Source: Dehalococcoidia bacterium (GTDB taxonomy: Bacteria; Chloroflexota; Dehalococcoidia; Plut-88900). From it: a stretch of DNA of 64,000 bases. Location of the stretch: assembly GCA_965197585.1 (NCBI GenBank), contig OZ240215.1:1696001-1760000 (forward strand). The letters run 5' to 3'. The stretch's first letter is position 1. Each line of letters opens with the position of its first letter. The notes under the pieces were generated by a model. It worked only from the letters and a program-made list of their open reading frames with translations, was not told the DNA's origin and did no database searches. Position numbers and translations under genes: made by a program. This document shows positions 1-9,999 of the stretch, piece by piece.

Positions 1-1060
1 CCAGCGTCTCGATAACCTCCCCACCCCCAAGTGTCCCCTGATGCGACCGTATTACAAACAGGTCTCCCTTTACGGCGGCTATCGGATACTGAAGATGCAA
101 CTGCGCCCACCCCGACTCCCCCGCTCCCAACTCCTGTTCGTCCAGCAGCCTGACCCGCGCCAGCGTCTCGCTTGTACCCAAATGTAGCATCACTGAGGCT
201 CGGTGCTTCACCGCGACCGGCGAGTCCTGCACGACCCGAAGCCTCACGTCCAGGGCTTCACTTTCCTTCAGCCATCCACGGTCTGTCAGAATCTGTCCTC
301 TTGCTATGCTCTCGTGGCCGATCCCCGACAGATTCGCCGCCACCCGTGATCCTGGCATCCCCGACTTCACGCTCTGTTTATGTGTCTGGATCCCCCTCAC
401 CCGCCCCCTCTGCCCCCCCGGCGCCAACTCAACCTCGTCACCCACCGAGAGCCTCCCCCCGACCAACGTCCCTGTCACAACCGTCCCAAACCCCGATATC
501 GTAAAAGCCCTGTCGATTGGCAGGCGTGGGTGTCCGTTGTCGTCCTTCTCCTCCACTCCATCCAACACCGAGTCCAGAGCCCCCAGAAGCTCCGGCAACC
601 CCTCCCCCGTCACCGAGGAGACTGAGACCATGCGCGCATCCTGCAACGTAGTCCCCTTCAGCGAATCCATGATGTCGGACGTGACCAGCTCCATCCAGTC
701 TTCATCCACTAGGTCGCTCTTGGTCACTACTACCAGCCCCCTATCGATGCGCAACAGGTCTATGATCGCAAGGTGCTCTCGAGTCTGAGGCATCACTCCC
801 TCGTCCGCCGCAACAACCAGCATCGCCAGGTCTATCCCCCCGACCCCCGCCAGCATGTTCCTTATGAAACGCTCGTGGCCCGGCACGTCGACTATGCTCA
901 CCTCTCGACCGCTTGGAAGCTTAAGCCACGCAAAGCCAAGGTCGATGGTCAGACCCCGTTCCTTCTCTTCCCGCAGCCTGTCAGGGTCTATCCCGGTAAG
1001 GGCGCGTACCAATGCGGACTTACCGTGATCAACATGCCCCGCCGTCCCGATTACGTACAT
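1..1060 (-). CDS. selB: Selenocysteine-specific elongation factor SelB (5' part; runs off window start)
   Basis: Not in the ORF track; manual minus-strand translation from ATG at 1060 gives MYVIGTAGHVDHGKSALVRALTGIDPDRLREEKERGLTIDLGFA...IVDVPGHERFIRNMLAG, a typical SelB G-domain; GGGAGAG RBS upstream. Confidence 0.93.
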   Translation of the reverse strand, partial: MYVIGTAGHVDHGKSALVRALTGIDPDRLREEKERGLTIDLGFAWLKLPSGREVSIVDVPGHERFIRNMLAGVGGIDLAMLVVAADEGVMPQTREHLAIIDLLRIDRGLVVVTKSDLVDEDWMELVTSDIMDSLKGTTLQDARMVSVSSVTGEGLPELLGALDSVLDGVEEKDDNGHPRLPIDRAFTISGFGTVVTGTLVGGRLSVGDEVELAPGGQRGRVRGIQTHKQSVKSGMPGSRVAANLSGIGHESIARGQILTDRGWLKESEALDVRLRVVQDSPVAVKHRASVMLHLGTSETLARVRLLDEQELGAGESGWAQLHLQYPIAAVKGDLFVIRSHQGTLGGGEVIETL

Positions 1061-1141
1061 CTACTCTCCCACTATCTCCAGCCCAGCTTAGAATAGCACC
1101 CCAAAATCCTTGCCGCCAACGTCGCCAATTCTCTAATGCAG

Positions 1142-1190
1142 AATAAGAAAAATCCTCAATCCGTTGGGCAACCCAGTGGATTGAGGATTT
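1142..1190 (-). terminator. Probable intrinsic terminator downstream of hemW
   Basis: AAATCCTCAATCC (1150-1162) / GGATTGAGGATTT (1178-1190) stem followed on the minus strand by a T-rich run. Confidence 0.65.
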
Positions 1191-1220
1191 CACATTCCAT
1201 CGGTTGATGTGGAAGAGTGC

Positions 1221-2450
1221 CTACACCCCCACCGACACAAACCTCTGGAAAACCTCATTCCCGAGCAACCGCCCCCGACTCGTCAACCTCCACCTGTCCC
1301 CCTCTTGCTCCAGCAATCCCACCCCCTCCAACTCCTCAAGGTCCGACCCAAATACCGATTCCATAGATTTCCCAAACCGCTCTCTAAACCCCTCCCTCGA
1401 CACCCCATTCAGTAACCGGAGCCCTAGCATCATCGTCTCACCCATCTCCAGCATATCCGATATAACTTCCACCTCACTTACGAGCCCTCCACCCCCTAAT
1501 GCCTCCGACATCGCTTCCGCATCCTCTGTAGACAGTCCTCCCCACCCCCCTCTCGACCTCAATTCTCCCACTTTCGTCACATAGCGACGCGGGTTCTTCT
1601 CCTCCCAAAACCTGCACCCCCCGAGAAACGAATGCGCCCCCGCCCCGATTCCGACGTAAGACTCATTCCGCCAGTAGACCAGGTTGTGTCGGCACTCCCT
1701 CTCCGGCTTCGCCCAGTTGGAGATCTCATATTGCCCGTACCCCGACTCCCCTAACGCCCGTACCGCATATAAGTACATGTCGGCTGCCATGTCCGGGTCC
1801 GTATCGGCTGTCGCACCTCGTGCCACATCCCTCGCTAGGGGAGTGCCCTCCTCCACAGTCAGAGCATACAAGGACAGGTGCTCTGGCCCTAGAGTTCGGG
1901 CACGGTCCACGGTATCGACCCACTCATCTAGAGTGTGGTTGGGCAGCCCGAACATCAAGTCCAGGTTTACGTTATCAAATCCCGCCTCCCGAGCCATCTC
2001 GAACGCCCGCTCAGCCGCCATCGCCGAGTGCCTTCGGGTCAAGGCCACCAAGTGCACGTCATTAAAGCTCTGCACCCCGATGCTCAGCCGGTTCACTCCC
2101 GCGTCCAACAGGGCCTTGAGTCGCTCCACCGTCAGGTCTCCGGGGTTCGACTCCAACGTCACCTCAATGTCTTCGTCGCAACTGAATCCCCGATAGCAGG
2201 CTCTCAGAATCCGTTCGACGTCTTCGGCGGGCAACAGCGAAGGTGTACCGCCCCCGAAGAATATGGTCGGCACCCGGGTCTCTTTCCCCAACGCCTCCCC
2301 CCACATCCCGATCTCGTCCACCACCGCCGATACATATGCGGGCATCAGATCTTCTATCCCCGCGTACGTGTTGAAGTCGCAGTAGTTGCACTTCGTAACA
2401 CAGAACGGAATGTGCAGGTACAGGGAGACCGGAGAGCTTTGGCTAGACAT
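1221..2450 (-). CDS. hemW: Radical SAM heme chaperone HemW (HemN-like)
   Basis: LYLHIPFCVTKCNYCDFN (CxxxCxxC), FFGGGTPS, YEISNWA, HNLVYW motifs. Confidence 0.92.
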   Translation of the reverse strand: MSSQSSPVSLYLHIPFCVTKCNYCDFNTYAGIEDLMPAYVSAVVDEIGMWGEALGKETRVPTIFFGGGTPSLLPAEDVERILRACYRGFSCDEDIEVTLESNPGDLTVERLKALLDAGVNRLSIGVQSFNDVHLVALTRRHSAMAAERAFEMAREAGFDNVNLDLMFGLPNHTLDEWVDTVDRARTLGPEHLSLYALTVEEGTPLARDVARGATADTDPDMAADMYLYAVRALGESGYGQYEISNWAKPERECRHNLVYWRNESYVGIGAGAHSFLGGCRFWEEKNPRRYVTKVGELRSRGGWGGLSTEDAEAMSEALGGGGLVSEVEVISDMLEMGETMMLGLRLLNGVSREGFRERFGKSMESVFGSDLEELEGVGLLEQEGDRWRLTSRGRLLGNEVFQRFVSVGV

Positions 2451-3537
2451 TAAACAGAAAGTTGATCACATCCCCGTCTTGGACACGGTATTCCTTGCCC
2501 TCCTGCCGGATCAACCCCAGTTTACGTGCTTCCACGAGACCCCGACAATTCATCACATTCTCGTATTCAATTACTTCGGCTCGTATGAAACCCCGCTCGA
2601 TGTCTGAATGGATCTTCCCCGCCGCCTTAGCGGCAGCCGTGTCCCTTTCCACGGGCCATGCCCTGGCCTCGTCGGGGCCGCAGGTAAGAAACGATACCAG
2701 GCCCAGCAGTTCATACGACACCCGCAGCACCTTCTCCAACGCCGGCTCCCCACCATTCATTGAGGCCCTGAACTCAGCGGCCTCTTCTGCATCCAGTTGC
2801 GAAAGCTCCGCCTCTAATTTGCCGCACACCGCTGACACCGACACCCCATGTCCTCCGAACTTCTCCATGGCTTCCTGTTCAAGCGTGTCCATCTTGTTCA
2901 GGTCGTCTTCTCCAACATTCAGCAAGATAAGCTCAGGCTTGGCCGTGAGAAATTGGTAGCCGCTCAGAGTCTTCTGTTCATCGGTGTTCAAAGTCTGGGA
3001 CCGCATTGGGAAACCGTCTTCCAGCTTCGCTCTTATCTTATCTATGAGGACCTGCTCGGCCAGTAACTTGTCCCTCTCCTGGGCCCGGGCGCCCTTCAAG
3101 CTGTCCTCCAGCCGCTCCCTCTTTCGTTCCAAAATCGTCAGGTCCGAATACGTCAACTCCAGGTCCAGCACCTCGGCATCCCGATACGGGTCGACGCTTC
3201 CCTCCAAATGAGGTGTCGAGGGCTCGTCAAACCCCCGCACGACATGCAGCAAGGCATCCGCCTGCGAGAGCACATTGAGCAGCTTCCCCCCGAACCCCTC
3301 GCTCTTCCCCAGTCCCCTCGGCGTGAGAGGCACGTCAAAGTACTTAACTTCTGCCTGGACTATCTTCCGGGAGTTGAACAGATCAGAGAGAGGCTGCAGC
3401 CGGGAGTCCGGCACCTTCGCCATCCCGACCGCAGCCCTGTCGCCATGAGTGCCTTGATTATTGGCCCCTAACCCCGTGAGGGCGTTGAATATTGTCGTCT
3501 TACCGCTCTGCGGCAGTCCTATGATTCCTATTTCCAA
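2443..3537 (-). CDS. ychF: Ribosome-binding ATPase YchF
   Basis: GIIGLPQSGKTT P-loop; AAGKIHSDIERGFIRAEV; EGKEYRVQDGDVINFLFNV C-terminus. Confidence 0.93.
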   Translation of the reverse strand: MEIGIIGLPQSGKTTIFNALTGLGANNQGTHGDRAAVGMAKVPDSRLQPLSDLFNSRKIVQAEVKYFDVPLTPRGLGKSEGFGGKLLNVLSQADALLHVVRGFDEPSTPHLEGSVDPYRDAEVLDLELTYSDLTILERKRERLEDSLKGARAQERDKLLAEQVLIDKIRAKLEDGFPMRSQTLNTDEQKTLSGYQFLTAKPELILLNVGEDDLNKMDTLEQEAMEKFGGHGVSVSAVCGKLEAELSQLDAEEAAEFRASMNGGEPALEKVLRVSYELLGLVSFLTCGPDEARAWPVERDTAAAKAAGKIHSDIERGFIRAEVIEYENVMNCRGLVEARKLGLIRQEGKEYRVQDGDVINFLFNV

Positions 3538-3576
3538 GAGTCTTGTTTGGGGCCTCCCGATAAATGCATTTGTGTG

Positions 3577-3978
3577 CTAAAAGAGCACCAAACCCTCATT
3601 GGCGGCTGCTTTCGCCAGCCTTGAGTCCAGTGTCGCAATGCTGGCTTTACGCCTCATGGCCAATTCCAAGTAGATAGCATCGTAAAACGACAGTTTATGA
3701 GTCCTGGCGAGGTCGAAAACCACTTCAAGGTTCTGGCTCTCATCAGTTTGTATGGGTAGGCTCTTGAGCGCATTCAGAAGTTCATCAACCCGTGCTTCTG
3801 TTGCACGCCCCCGCCTCTCTGCAGATATCAATGCGTTACGTGTCTCTATCTGCCACAGCCAAGGTGCAAGTCCCCCAGTTTCCCCTACTTGCCTTAGGGC
3901 CTTGTCAGCAAGTGGCTGGTGCTCGTCATCAAGCAACGACGCCATGACAATAGATGCATCGATGACAAGTTCGCTCAA
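3577..3978 (-). CDS. PIN-domain toxin (VapC family)
   Basis: VIDASIV...ETRNAL...LSFYDAIYLELA...TLDSRL PIN motifs; TTG start overlaps the antitoxin stop. Confidence 0.88.
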   Translation of the reverse strand: MSELVIDASIVMASLLDDEHQPLADKALRQVGETGGLAPWLWQIETRNALISAERRGRATEARVDELLNALKSLPIQTDESQNLEVVFDLARTHKLSFYDAIYLELAMRRKASIATLDSRLAKAAANEGLVLF

Positions 3979-4226
3979 AAGCGGTGCCCCTCGTGACGCC
4001 ATTCAAGCATCTCTTGTAGAGTCGCTTTGATCTTTTCTCCCTCATCTCGACGACGAAGAAATTCCTCTACAGCCCTTTTGCGCTGTAATCTCTCCTGTGC
4101 CTCAGCTGGAATCAGGTGTGCTATAGGCTTGCCATGCCGCGTGATGGCTATGGTCTCGCCCTGCTCGACATTCCGAAGAAGTTCGGCCAGATGGATTTTG
4201 GCTTCAGTTGCTTGAATCATCCGCAT
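3975..4226 (-). CDS. Phd/YefM family antitoxin
   Basis: MRMIQATEAKIHLAELLRNVEQGETIAITRHGKPIAHL; coupled to the PIN gene; start trimmed to 4226. Confidence 0.88.
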   Translation of the reverse strand: MRMIQATEAKIHLAELLRNVEQGETIAITRHGKPIAHLIPAEAQERLQRKRAVEEFLRRRDEGEKIKATLQEMLEWRHEGHRF

Positions 4227-4402
4227 TTTGCATTTCCTAACCTGTTGTTTTAACCAGTTTATTATACGATCGAACCAGCTACTTGACAATCTGTCCCACG
4301 CCATTCCATCGCTCCCGCCCTTCCTTGACAACCGACCCCCTCCATCCTAATGTGACATCCGTCGTCACAGCTATCCCCGTCCCTGATCGTGAGCTCACGA
4401 AT

Positions 4403-5542
4403 ATGAGATTCGACAGCGGCCTATATGTTCACAGCGGCCAGCCCGAGGGCTACCCCTGGATCGAAGAGTGGCGCGCCGAGGCCCGACTCTTCGAACAGGC
4501 CGGCTTCACCACCGTCTGGAGCGCCGAGCACCATTTCTTCTGGGACGGTTGGGTCACACCCACCCCCTCCAACCCCATCCTCACCTGCGTAGATCTCGCC
4601 GCCCACACTTCCACACTTCGCCTCGGCCAATGCGGCGTATCCATCACAGACCGCCACCCAGTCCATGTCGCCGAAGACATCGCCATGCTCGACCACGTCA
4701 GCAAAGGCCGCGTGGACTTCGGTGTCATACGCGGCATTAACAACCGTGTAAACGGCAACTTCAACGTCAACGCAGACAGGCGAGACAAGAGAAAGAACTA
4801 CGCCCTATTCGAAGAGGCACTTGAGATTATTCTAAAGTGCTGGACAGAGGAAGCCTTTAGCCACACCGGGGAGTTCTATACCCTTCCCATGCCCGGCTGG
4901 CACGAAACCGTCGCTGATATTGCCCAGGACCGGCGTTATAACAACCCGGACGGTGAGCTCATCGCCCTGGGCGTCCTCCCCAAGCCGTACCAGAAGCCCC
5001 ATCCTCCTGTTTGGCAAATGGCCGACTCCGCATCTTCCCACGCCTTCGCCGCTAGCAGGGGGTTCGGGGGTATGTCCTGGGGCCGCACCCTGGAGGGAAC
5101 CCGTGAAGCCTGGACTGCCTACCGGGACGCCGCCTCCGAGGCCCAGGGCCGCGACGTTCCCATGGGCGAGGGCGTCGCCATGATGCGCCCCATCTTCGTT
5201 GCCGATACCATGGAAGAGGCCCGGCGCATCATGCGCCCGGTAATTGAAACAGCGATGACCTATGGAGCCGGCAAATGGGCCCGGCCCACGATGGTCGGCA
5301 AAAGCGAAAACGTATCCGACGATGACCAGGCCGATGATTGGCTGGACTTCCTCACGAAACGAGGCCACACCCTCGTCGGCACTCCCGAATTCGTCGCAGA
5401 GGGTATCGAAAAATGGCGTACGGAACTCGGCTGCCAGCATGTAACCATGTACTGGCCCCTGCCCCACCTCACATACACCGAGGTGATGCGCTCCATCTAC
5501 CTCTTCGCCGATAAGGTCATGCCCCAATTCGTCGGAAAATAG
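4403..5542 (+). CDS. Luciferase-like (LLM class) flavin-dependent oxidoreductase
   Basis: GFTTVWSAEHHF, HPVHVAEDIAMLDHVSKGRVDFG, PKPYQKPHPPVW; start trimmed to ATG 4403. Confidence 0.9.
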   Translation: MRFDSGLYVHSGQPEGYPWIEEWRAEARLFEQAGFTTVWSAEHHFFWDGWVTPTPSNPILTCVDLAAHTSTLRLGQCGVSITDRHPVHVAEDIAMLDHVSKGRVDFGVIRGINNRVNGNFNVNADRRDKRKNYALFEEALEIILKCWTEEAFSHTGEFYTLPMPGWHETVADIAQDRRYNNPDGELIALGVLPKPYQKPHPPVWQMADSASSHAFAASRGFGGMSWGRTLEGTREAWTAYRDAASEAQGRDVPMGEGVAMMRPIFVADTMEEARRIMRPVIETAMTYGAGKWARPTMVGKSENVSDDDQADDWLDFLTKRGHTLVGTPEFVAEGIEKWRTELGCQHVTMYWPLPHLTYTEVMRSIYLFADKVMPQFVGK

Positions 5543-5566
5543 AGACAATCAGAAAAGGATGCTCCC

Positions 5567-6307
5567 ATGTTGAAGGTAGCCCTCCTGGTCCTTTCCATGG
5601 CCCTTATAGCATCGCTCGCCCTCTCCTGCAGCGATGAACCCGAGTTAGTGCGCTTTGGCGCCGACGGAGACTATTTCCCCTACAACTTTCTGAACGACGC
5701 CGGAGATGTGGACGGCTTTGAAGCAGACTTGATCGACGAGGTCTGCCGTCGCGCCAACCTGGAATGCACCTGGGTAATCACCCCGTGGGATGGCATCATC
5801 GACAGCCTGATTGCCAAAGAATTCGACGTCATATCCGCCGGGATGAGCATTACTAACGAGCGTGACGAAGTCATAGATTTCACCCAACCCTACCTGCCTC
5901 CCACCCCCTCAATCTACGTCGCCTTGGCCACCGCGGGTGAAGACGCCTTGAACGGCAAGATCGGCGCGGGAGTCTCCACGGTGCACTCCGCCTATCTCTC
6001 GGAGTCCGGAGCCGACTTCGTCGAAATCGATGGCTCCGAAGCGCTCTTTGCGGCGCTCCTGGCCGGCGAGGTAGACGCCGTACTGGTGGATCGGGAATTC
6101 GGCCGCCAGAACATAGCTGACAGCCAAGGCAAGCTCTCAGTTCTCGGCTCTCCGATCATCCTAGAGGAAGGGATAGGCGCAGGCCTTCGCGAAGAAGACG
6201 GCGCTCTGAAGGAAAAGTTGAATGAGGCCATCAGCGCGATAAAAGCCGATGGCTCTCTCAACGACCTGATCCGCAAGTGGTTCGACGAAGACGCCGAAGT
6301 CTTCTAG
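5567..6307 (+). CDS. Polar amino-acid ABC transporter substrate-binding lipoprotein
   Basis: Signal peptide with lipobox (LALSC); YFPYNF, GFEADL, MSITNERDEVIDFTQPY. Confidence 0.88.
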   Translation: MLKVALLVLSMALIASLALSCSDEPELVRFGADGDYFPYNFLNDAGDVDGFEADLIDEVCRRANLECTWVITPWDGIIDSLIAKEFDVISAGMSITNERDEVIDFTQPYLPPTPSIYVALATAGEDALNGKIGAGVSTVHSAYLSESGADFVEIDGSEALFAALLAGEVDAVLVDREFGRQNIADSQGKLSVLGSPIILEEGIGAGLREEDGALKEKLNEAISAIKADGSLNDLIRKWFDEDAEVF

Positions 6308-6330
6308 CTCGACCCGAGGAACACTCTCCT

Positions 6331-7860
6331 CTATACCTTCAGCATGTCCAGCGTCCGGTCGAAGATCGAGCGCTCCTTGCCGCCTTCGACAACCGCCACC
6401 GACTTCACCGCGGCCACGAGGTGGTTCCACCGATACGGCTCCCGAGTTGCGTAGAACTCATCGACCAGCGCTTGGTGGTGCTTGATACCATGCAACTCCG
6501 TGAAGTCGTCACGGCAGATAATCTCGCCTATTCGTTTGAACAACGCCTCAGGATTGTACCGCCGGTCGGCATAACGCTGCGCAAGCAGCATAGCCTCTTG
6601 TATCTCGTTGCCTAGTTCGAGGTTGTCTACGCCGATCTCTCTCCAGTTAGCCCACGGCTGCCGCTCGATGCTCTCCACGATGCCGTCCAGCAACTCGGCC
6701 TGTCCCCTCTCCGGCAGTGACTCAGACTTCGCGGGATCAAACGGCTTCTCCCACAGCATCCGAGACCCGTTAAGGCACTCGGGGCCTGTGAGCGCCGTGA
6801 TCAGCGCTTCAATCTTGTGCCTAAGGCCTACACCCTCCACGTTCAGCAGGTAGCGCCGCCCGTTGGTCCCCGTGTGCAGGTGCGAGTCCATCGGGTTACC
6901 GTAGCTCGACTTCAGGTATGCCATCGACGCACCCACCGACAACGCCTCTCCCGCCCCTTCCAGGGACATCCCCTCGGACAGCGCCTTCGCAATCGGCTCC
7001 ATGCCGTCCAGGTAGTTGGTGCATTGCCCTATGGCCTCTCCCAGCCTCCCGATCGCCTCGGTCTCCCGGTCTCCTGTTCTAAGCGGTATCTCGCGTTCCA
7101 TAAGTGAGTAGTCTTCTATCAGCCGAGTCACGTCGTCGAACACCGAAGCCTCGGTCCGCGATAGGCTGAACGGGTTCCGAGCCTGGTATCGCACCACAAC
7201 TCTCATCAGAACGGGCGCCCACTCCCACCCGATAACGTCCAGTGCCCTGAACGTGAACATCGGATACACGAAGTAATGGTCGTCAATGCTGTTCCGGGAC
7301 ACGCAGGCCGGCAGAAGCAGGTCTAACGTCTCCCCCGGTATCCGGTTCTCTTCCAGCCACAGGTAATACTGCTCCGCGAGGCTCGGCTTCCGCACTTGGA
7401 TAGCCCTCAGCAGTGCGTCTTCCGTAGACCCCATTACGTCCGGATCATCCGACGCCTCCGTACCGTCCGCCAGGTGGTATGACCCGATCATCGCACCCGT
7501 GCCTTCCAGCGCATCCATCGCAGGCATGATGTACGGCCCCATCTGCGGAGAGTGAACGTGGTTGTTGCACAGTGCCACGTGCTGCACTATCGGCATAAAT
7601 GCCATCTCGCCACTTAGCCTGCGGGAAGTGTTGTACACACCGTGAATCCCGCATATCGGGTGAACTGGACCACCGTGGTGCTCTGGAGGAAGCTCGGTAG
7701 AACGGCACACCGCCAGGGCCCCTGCCCTGAGCAGGTCGACAGCCGGCGTCCCCGTCCGCAGCTTGTCCAGCGTACGCTCAATAATCTCGCTCGGGTCCGT
7801 CCCTTCCACAAATTGGACCAGTTCTTCTACTTCGTCACGAAATTCTATTCCCCTGAACAT
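6331..7860 (-). CDS. Hypothetical protein with recurring His motifs
   Basis: 509-aa ORF with normal composition and an AGGA RBS; no family confidently recognised. Confidence 0.75.
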   Translation of the reverse strand: MFRGIEFRDEVEELVQFVEGTDPSEIIERTLDKLRTGTPAVDLLRAGALAVCRSTELPPEHHGGPVHPICGIHGVYNTSRRLSGEMAFMPIVQHVALCNNHVHSPQMGPYIMPAMDALEGTGAMIGSYHLADGTEASDDPDVMGSTEDALLRAIQVRKPSLAEQYYLWLEENRIPGETLDLLLPACVSRNSIDDHYFVYPMFTFRALDVIGWEWAPVLMRVVVRYQARNPFSLSRTEASVFDDVTRLIEDYSLMEREIPLRTGDRETEAIGRLGEAIGQCTNYLDGMEPIAKALSEGMSLEGAGEALSVGASMAYLKSSYGNPMDSHLHTGTNGRRYLLNVEGVGLRHKIEALITALTGPECLNGSRMLWEKPFDPAKSESLPERGQAELLDGIVESIERQPWANWREIGVDNLELGNEIQEAMLLAQRYADRRYNPEALFKRIGEIICRDDFTELHGIKHHQALVDEFYATREPYRWNHLVAAVKSVAVVEGGKERSIFDRTLDMLKV

Positions 7861-7902
7861 TAAGTCCTCCTGCCGAGATACGGCACACTGCCAATAAAGC
7901 GC

Positions 7903-9111
7903 TTAGATTACGCCTGCGGTCTTCAATTCTTCGAACTTGGTCCCGTTTATTCCCAAAATCTCGTTTAGCACTTCCGCTGTATGCTGGCCCAGCAGCGGCG
8001 CAGGCTCCATCTCAAAAGACGAATGCGCCAGCTTTATCGGATCGGCGATGATCTTGAACTTGCCCCGCTGAGGGTGGTCCATGTCCACAATCATCCCCCG
8101 CTCGATAAGGTGTTTGTCCGTATGGATGTCCTCCGCATTGAGCATTGCTCCACACGGAATACCGGCCCCGCCTATCTTCTCCATCACCTCGTACTTCGTG
8201 TATTGCATCGTCCACTCTTCGACAAGCATGTTGACTTCCAGGCCGTTCTCGCGTCGGGCCTGGCTGGTGCTATACCTCGGGTCTCCGATCAAGTCATCCC
8301 GACCCATTACCTTCAGCAACTTGGGCCACATGCTGTCCCCGATAACCGAGCTAACATATATAAAAGCGTAGTCGTCGAAACCACCGGGCGCACACCGGAA
8401 TATGTCACCCGGAAACACGCCTGCCGTCGTTGTCCCCCGACGGTCGGGAGCCTTGCCGGTCATGTTATATGTCATCATCATCACCCGGCCCAGGTTCACC
8501 ACCGCATCCTGCATCGAGACTTCCAGTTCCTGTCCGACCCCCGTGACCTGCCTCTGCCACAGTGCCGCCATAATCCCCAGCGCCGCGTGGTAACCAGTCC
8601 CGATATCGCCAGCAGTTATACCCATCAGCGTAGGAGACCCACCCGGGTGCCCGGTCATCGCCGCCGCCCCGCCGACCATCTGCGCTATCATGTCGAAGCT
8701 CTTGAACCCGCTGTACGGCCCGTAAGTCCCGAACCCCTTCACCCGAGTCAGAATTATCTTCGGGTTGACCTCCGACAGCACGTCGAAAGTAAGTCCTAAC
8801 CGTTCCAAGGTTCCGGGGCCAAGGTTCTCGACAACTATGTCCGCTTTCCGAACGAGGTCAAGAAATATCTTCTTGCCCTCTTCGGTCTTTACATTCAGGG
8901 TCAGGCTGCGCTTGTTCGCATTCAGTAGAAGAAAATAGTAGCTGTCCAGACCGGGCACGTCCGCCGAGGCCCGCCTCCCCGGATCGCCCTTCCCCGGCGC
9001 CTCCACTTTTATGACGTCGGCGCCCAGCCACGCTAAGGCCTGGGTGCAAGTAGTACCTGCCTCGAACTGGGTTAGGTCTATTATCCTGATACCTTCGAGA
9101 GCCTTCGCCAT
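7903..9111 (-). CDS. CaiB/BaiF (class III) CoA-transferase, formyl-CoA transferase-like
   Basis: LEGIRIIDLTQFEAGTTCTQALAWLGADVIKVE, NANKRSLTLN, APLLGQHT. Confidence 0.92.
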   Translation of the reverse strand: MAKALEGIRIIDLTQFEAGTTCTQALAWLGADVIKVEAPGKGDPGRRASADVPGLDSYYFLLLNANKRSLTLNVKTEEGKKIFLDLVRKADIVVENLGPGTLERLGLTFDVLSEVNPKIILTRVKGFGTYGPYSGFKSFDMIAQMVGGAAAMTGHPGGSPTLMGITAGDIGTGYHAALGIMAALWQRQVTGVGQELEVSMQDAVVNLGRVMMMTYNMTGKAPDRRGTTTAGVFPGDIFRCAPGGFDDYAFIYVSSVIGDSMWPKLLKVMGRDDLIGDPRYSTSQARRENGLEVNMLVEEWTMQYTKYEVMEKIGGAGIPCGAMLNAEDIHTDKHLIERGMIVDMDHPQRGKFKIIADPIKLAHSSFEMEPAPLLGQHTAEVLNEILGINGTKFEELKTAGVI

Positions 9112-9295
9112 ACGCCCTCCCGATATTCGCCTACTACTGCACTAAATAATATCACACCCCTCCTATTCAACCGACAAGAACATGCAAAAACATCATTCCC
9201 GACTTTGATATGTTCTTTTTTAATGGGGTGTGGCTATTCCGTTCGCCCTGAGCGGAGTCGAAGGGTCTCAAGAACGGAATGGTAGTAAGGGGCTC

Positions 9296-9754
9296 TCACG
9301 AGTTCCTTGCAGGAAGCTTCACCACTGCCTTCCCGCTCTTCAACACCCGAGTCCCGTGCTGGTTCTCGATCCACAGCTCGCACTCCACCACCCCACCCTC
9401 ACCCTTCCCCGACACCTTGCCCTTACAAGTCAGCGTGTCTCCCGGAAACACAAAGTCTCCGTACCTGAACGAAAGCCGCTTTAAAGTCCCCCCGATGCCC
9501 GCCCAGTCCGTAACATGCTGAGCCAAGTACCCGCCCATCTGTTGCCCGTCCAGGAACTGCGTCCTCATCCCCTTCCCGTTCGCATATTCCATGTCGTGGT
9601 GATAGCGATGAAAGTCCCATGTTGACGCCGCATACATCACCATGCTGACAGTCGTTATCTCCTTAACCAACGCCGGAATCTCCTCCCCAACTTCCACATC
9701 CTCAAAATAAACCCCAGATTCCCTCGCATTCACGACTTCTAATCCGTCAGACAT
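9296..9754 (-). CDS. MaoC-like dehydratase
   Basis: YFEDVEVGEEIP, YAASTWDFHRYHHD, VFPGDTLTCKG hotdog-fold motifs. Confidence 0.85.
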   Translation of the reverse strand: MSDGLEVVNARESGVYFEDVEVGEEIPALVKEITTVSMVMYAASTWDFHRYHHDMEYANGKGMRTQFLDGQQMGGYLAQHVTDWAGIGGTLKRLSFRYGDFVFPGDTLTCKGKVSGKGEGGVVECELWIENQHGTRVLKSGKAVVKLPARNS

Positions 9755-9869
9755 CCGACTCTCACTCTCTACCTGATCCTTGTTTAAACCAAGTCAGCGA
9801 GTTGGGAGAAATGTTGATCCCTGATCCCTTGACGGGACTTTTATGTAGCTCCATTGCCTCGGGGTGAGG

Positions 9870-9902
9870 CCGCTCGTGCTGAGGCTCTCGAAGTATGAGC
9901 GG
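9870..9902 (+). repeat. Palindromic repeat family A (CCGCTC..CTGAG..TCGAAG..GAGCGG), representative copy
   Basis: Further copies at ~9239, 17482, 17585, 19548, 21225, 23068, 23145, 24997, 29188, 31949, 35717, 47138. Confidence 0.85.
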
Positions 9903-9999
9903 GGAGGGGCACAGGCCCATCCGTGCGGCAGGATGGGCGTGGCCACCAGCATTGCAAATGACCTTCGAAGGGCCGTTATACACGGGTGCCTCTCTCTCC

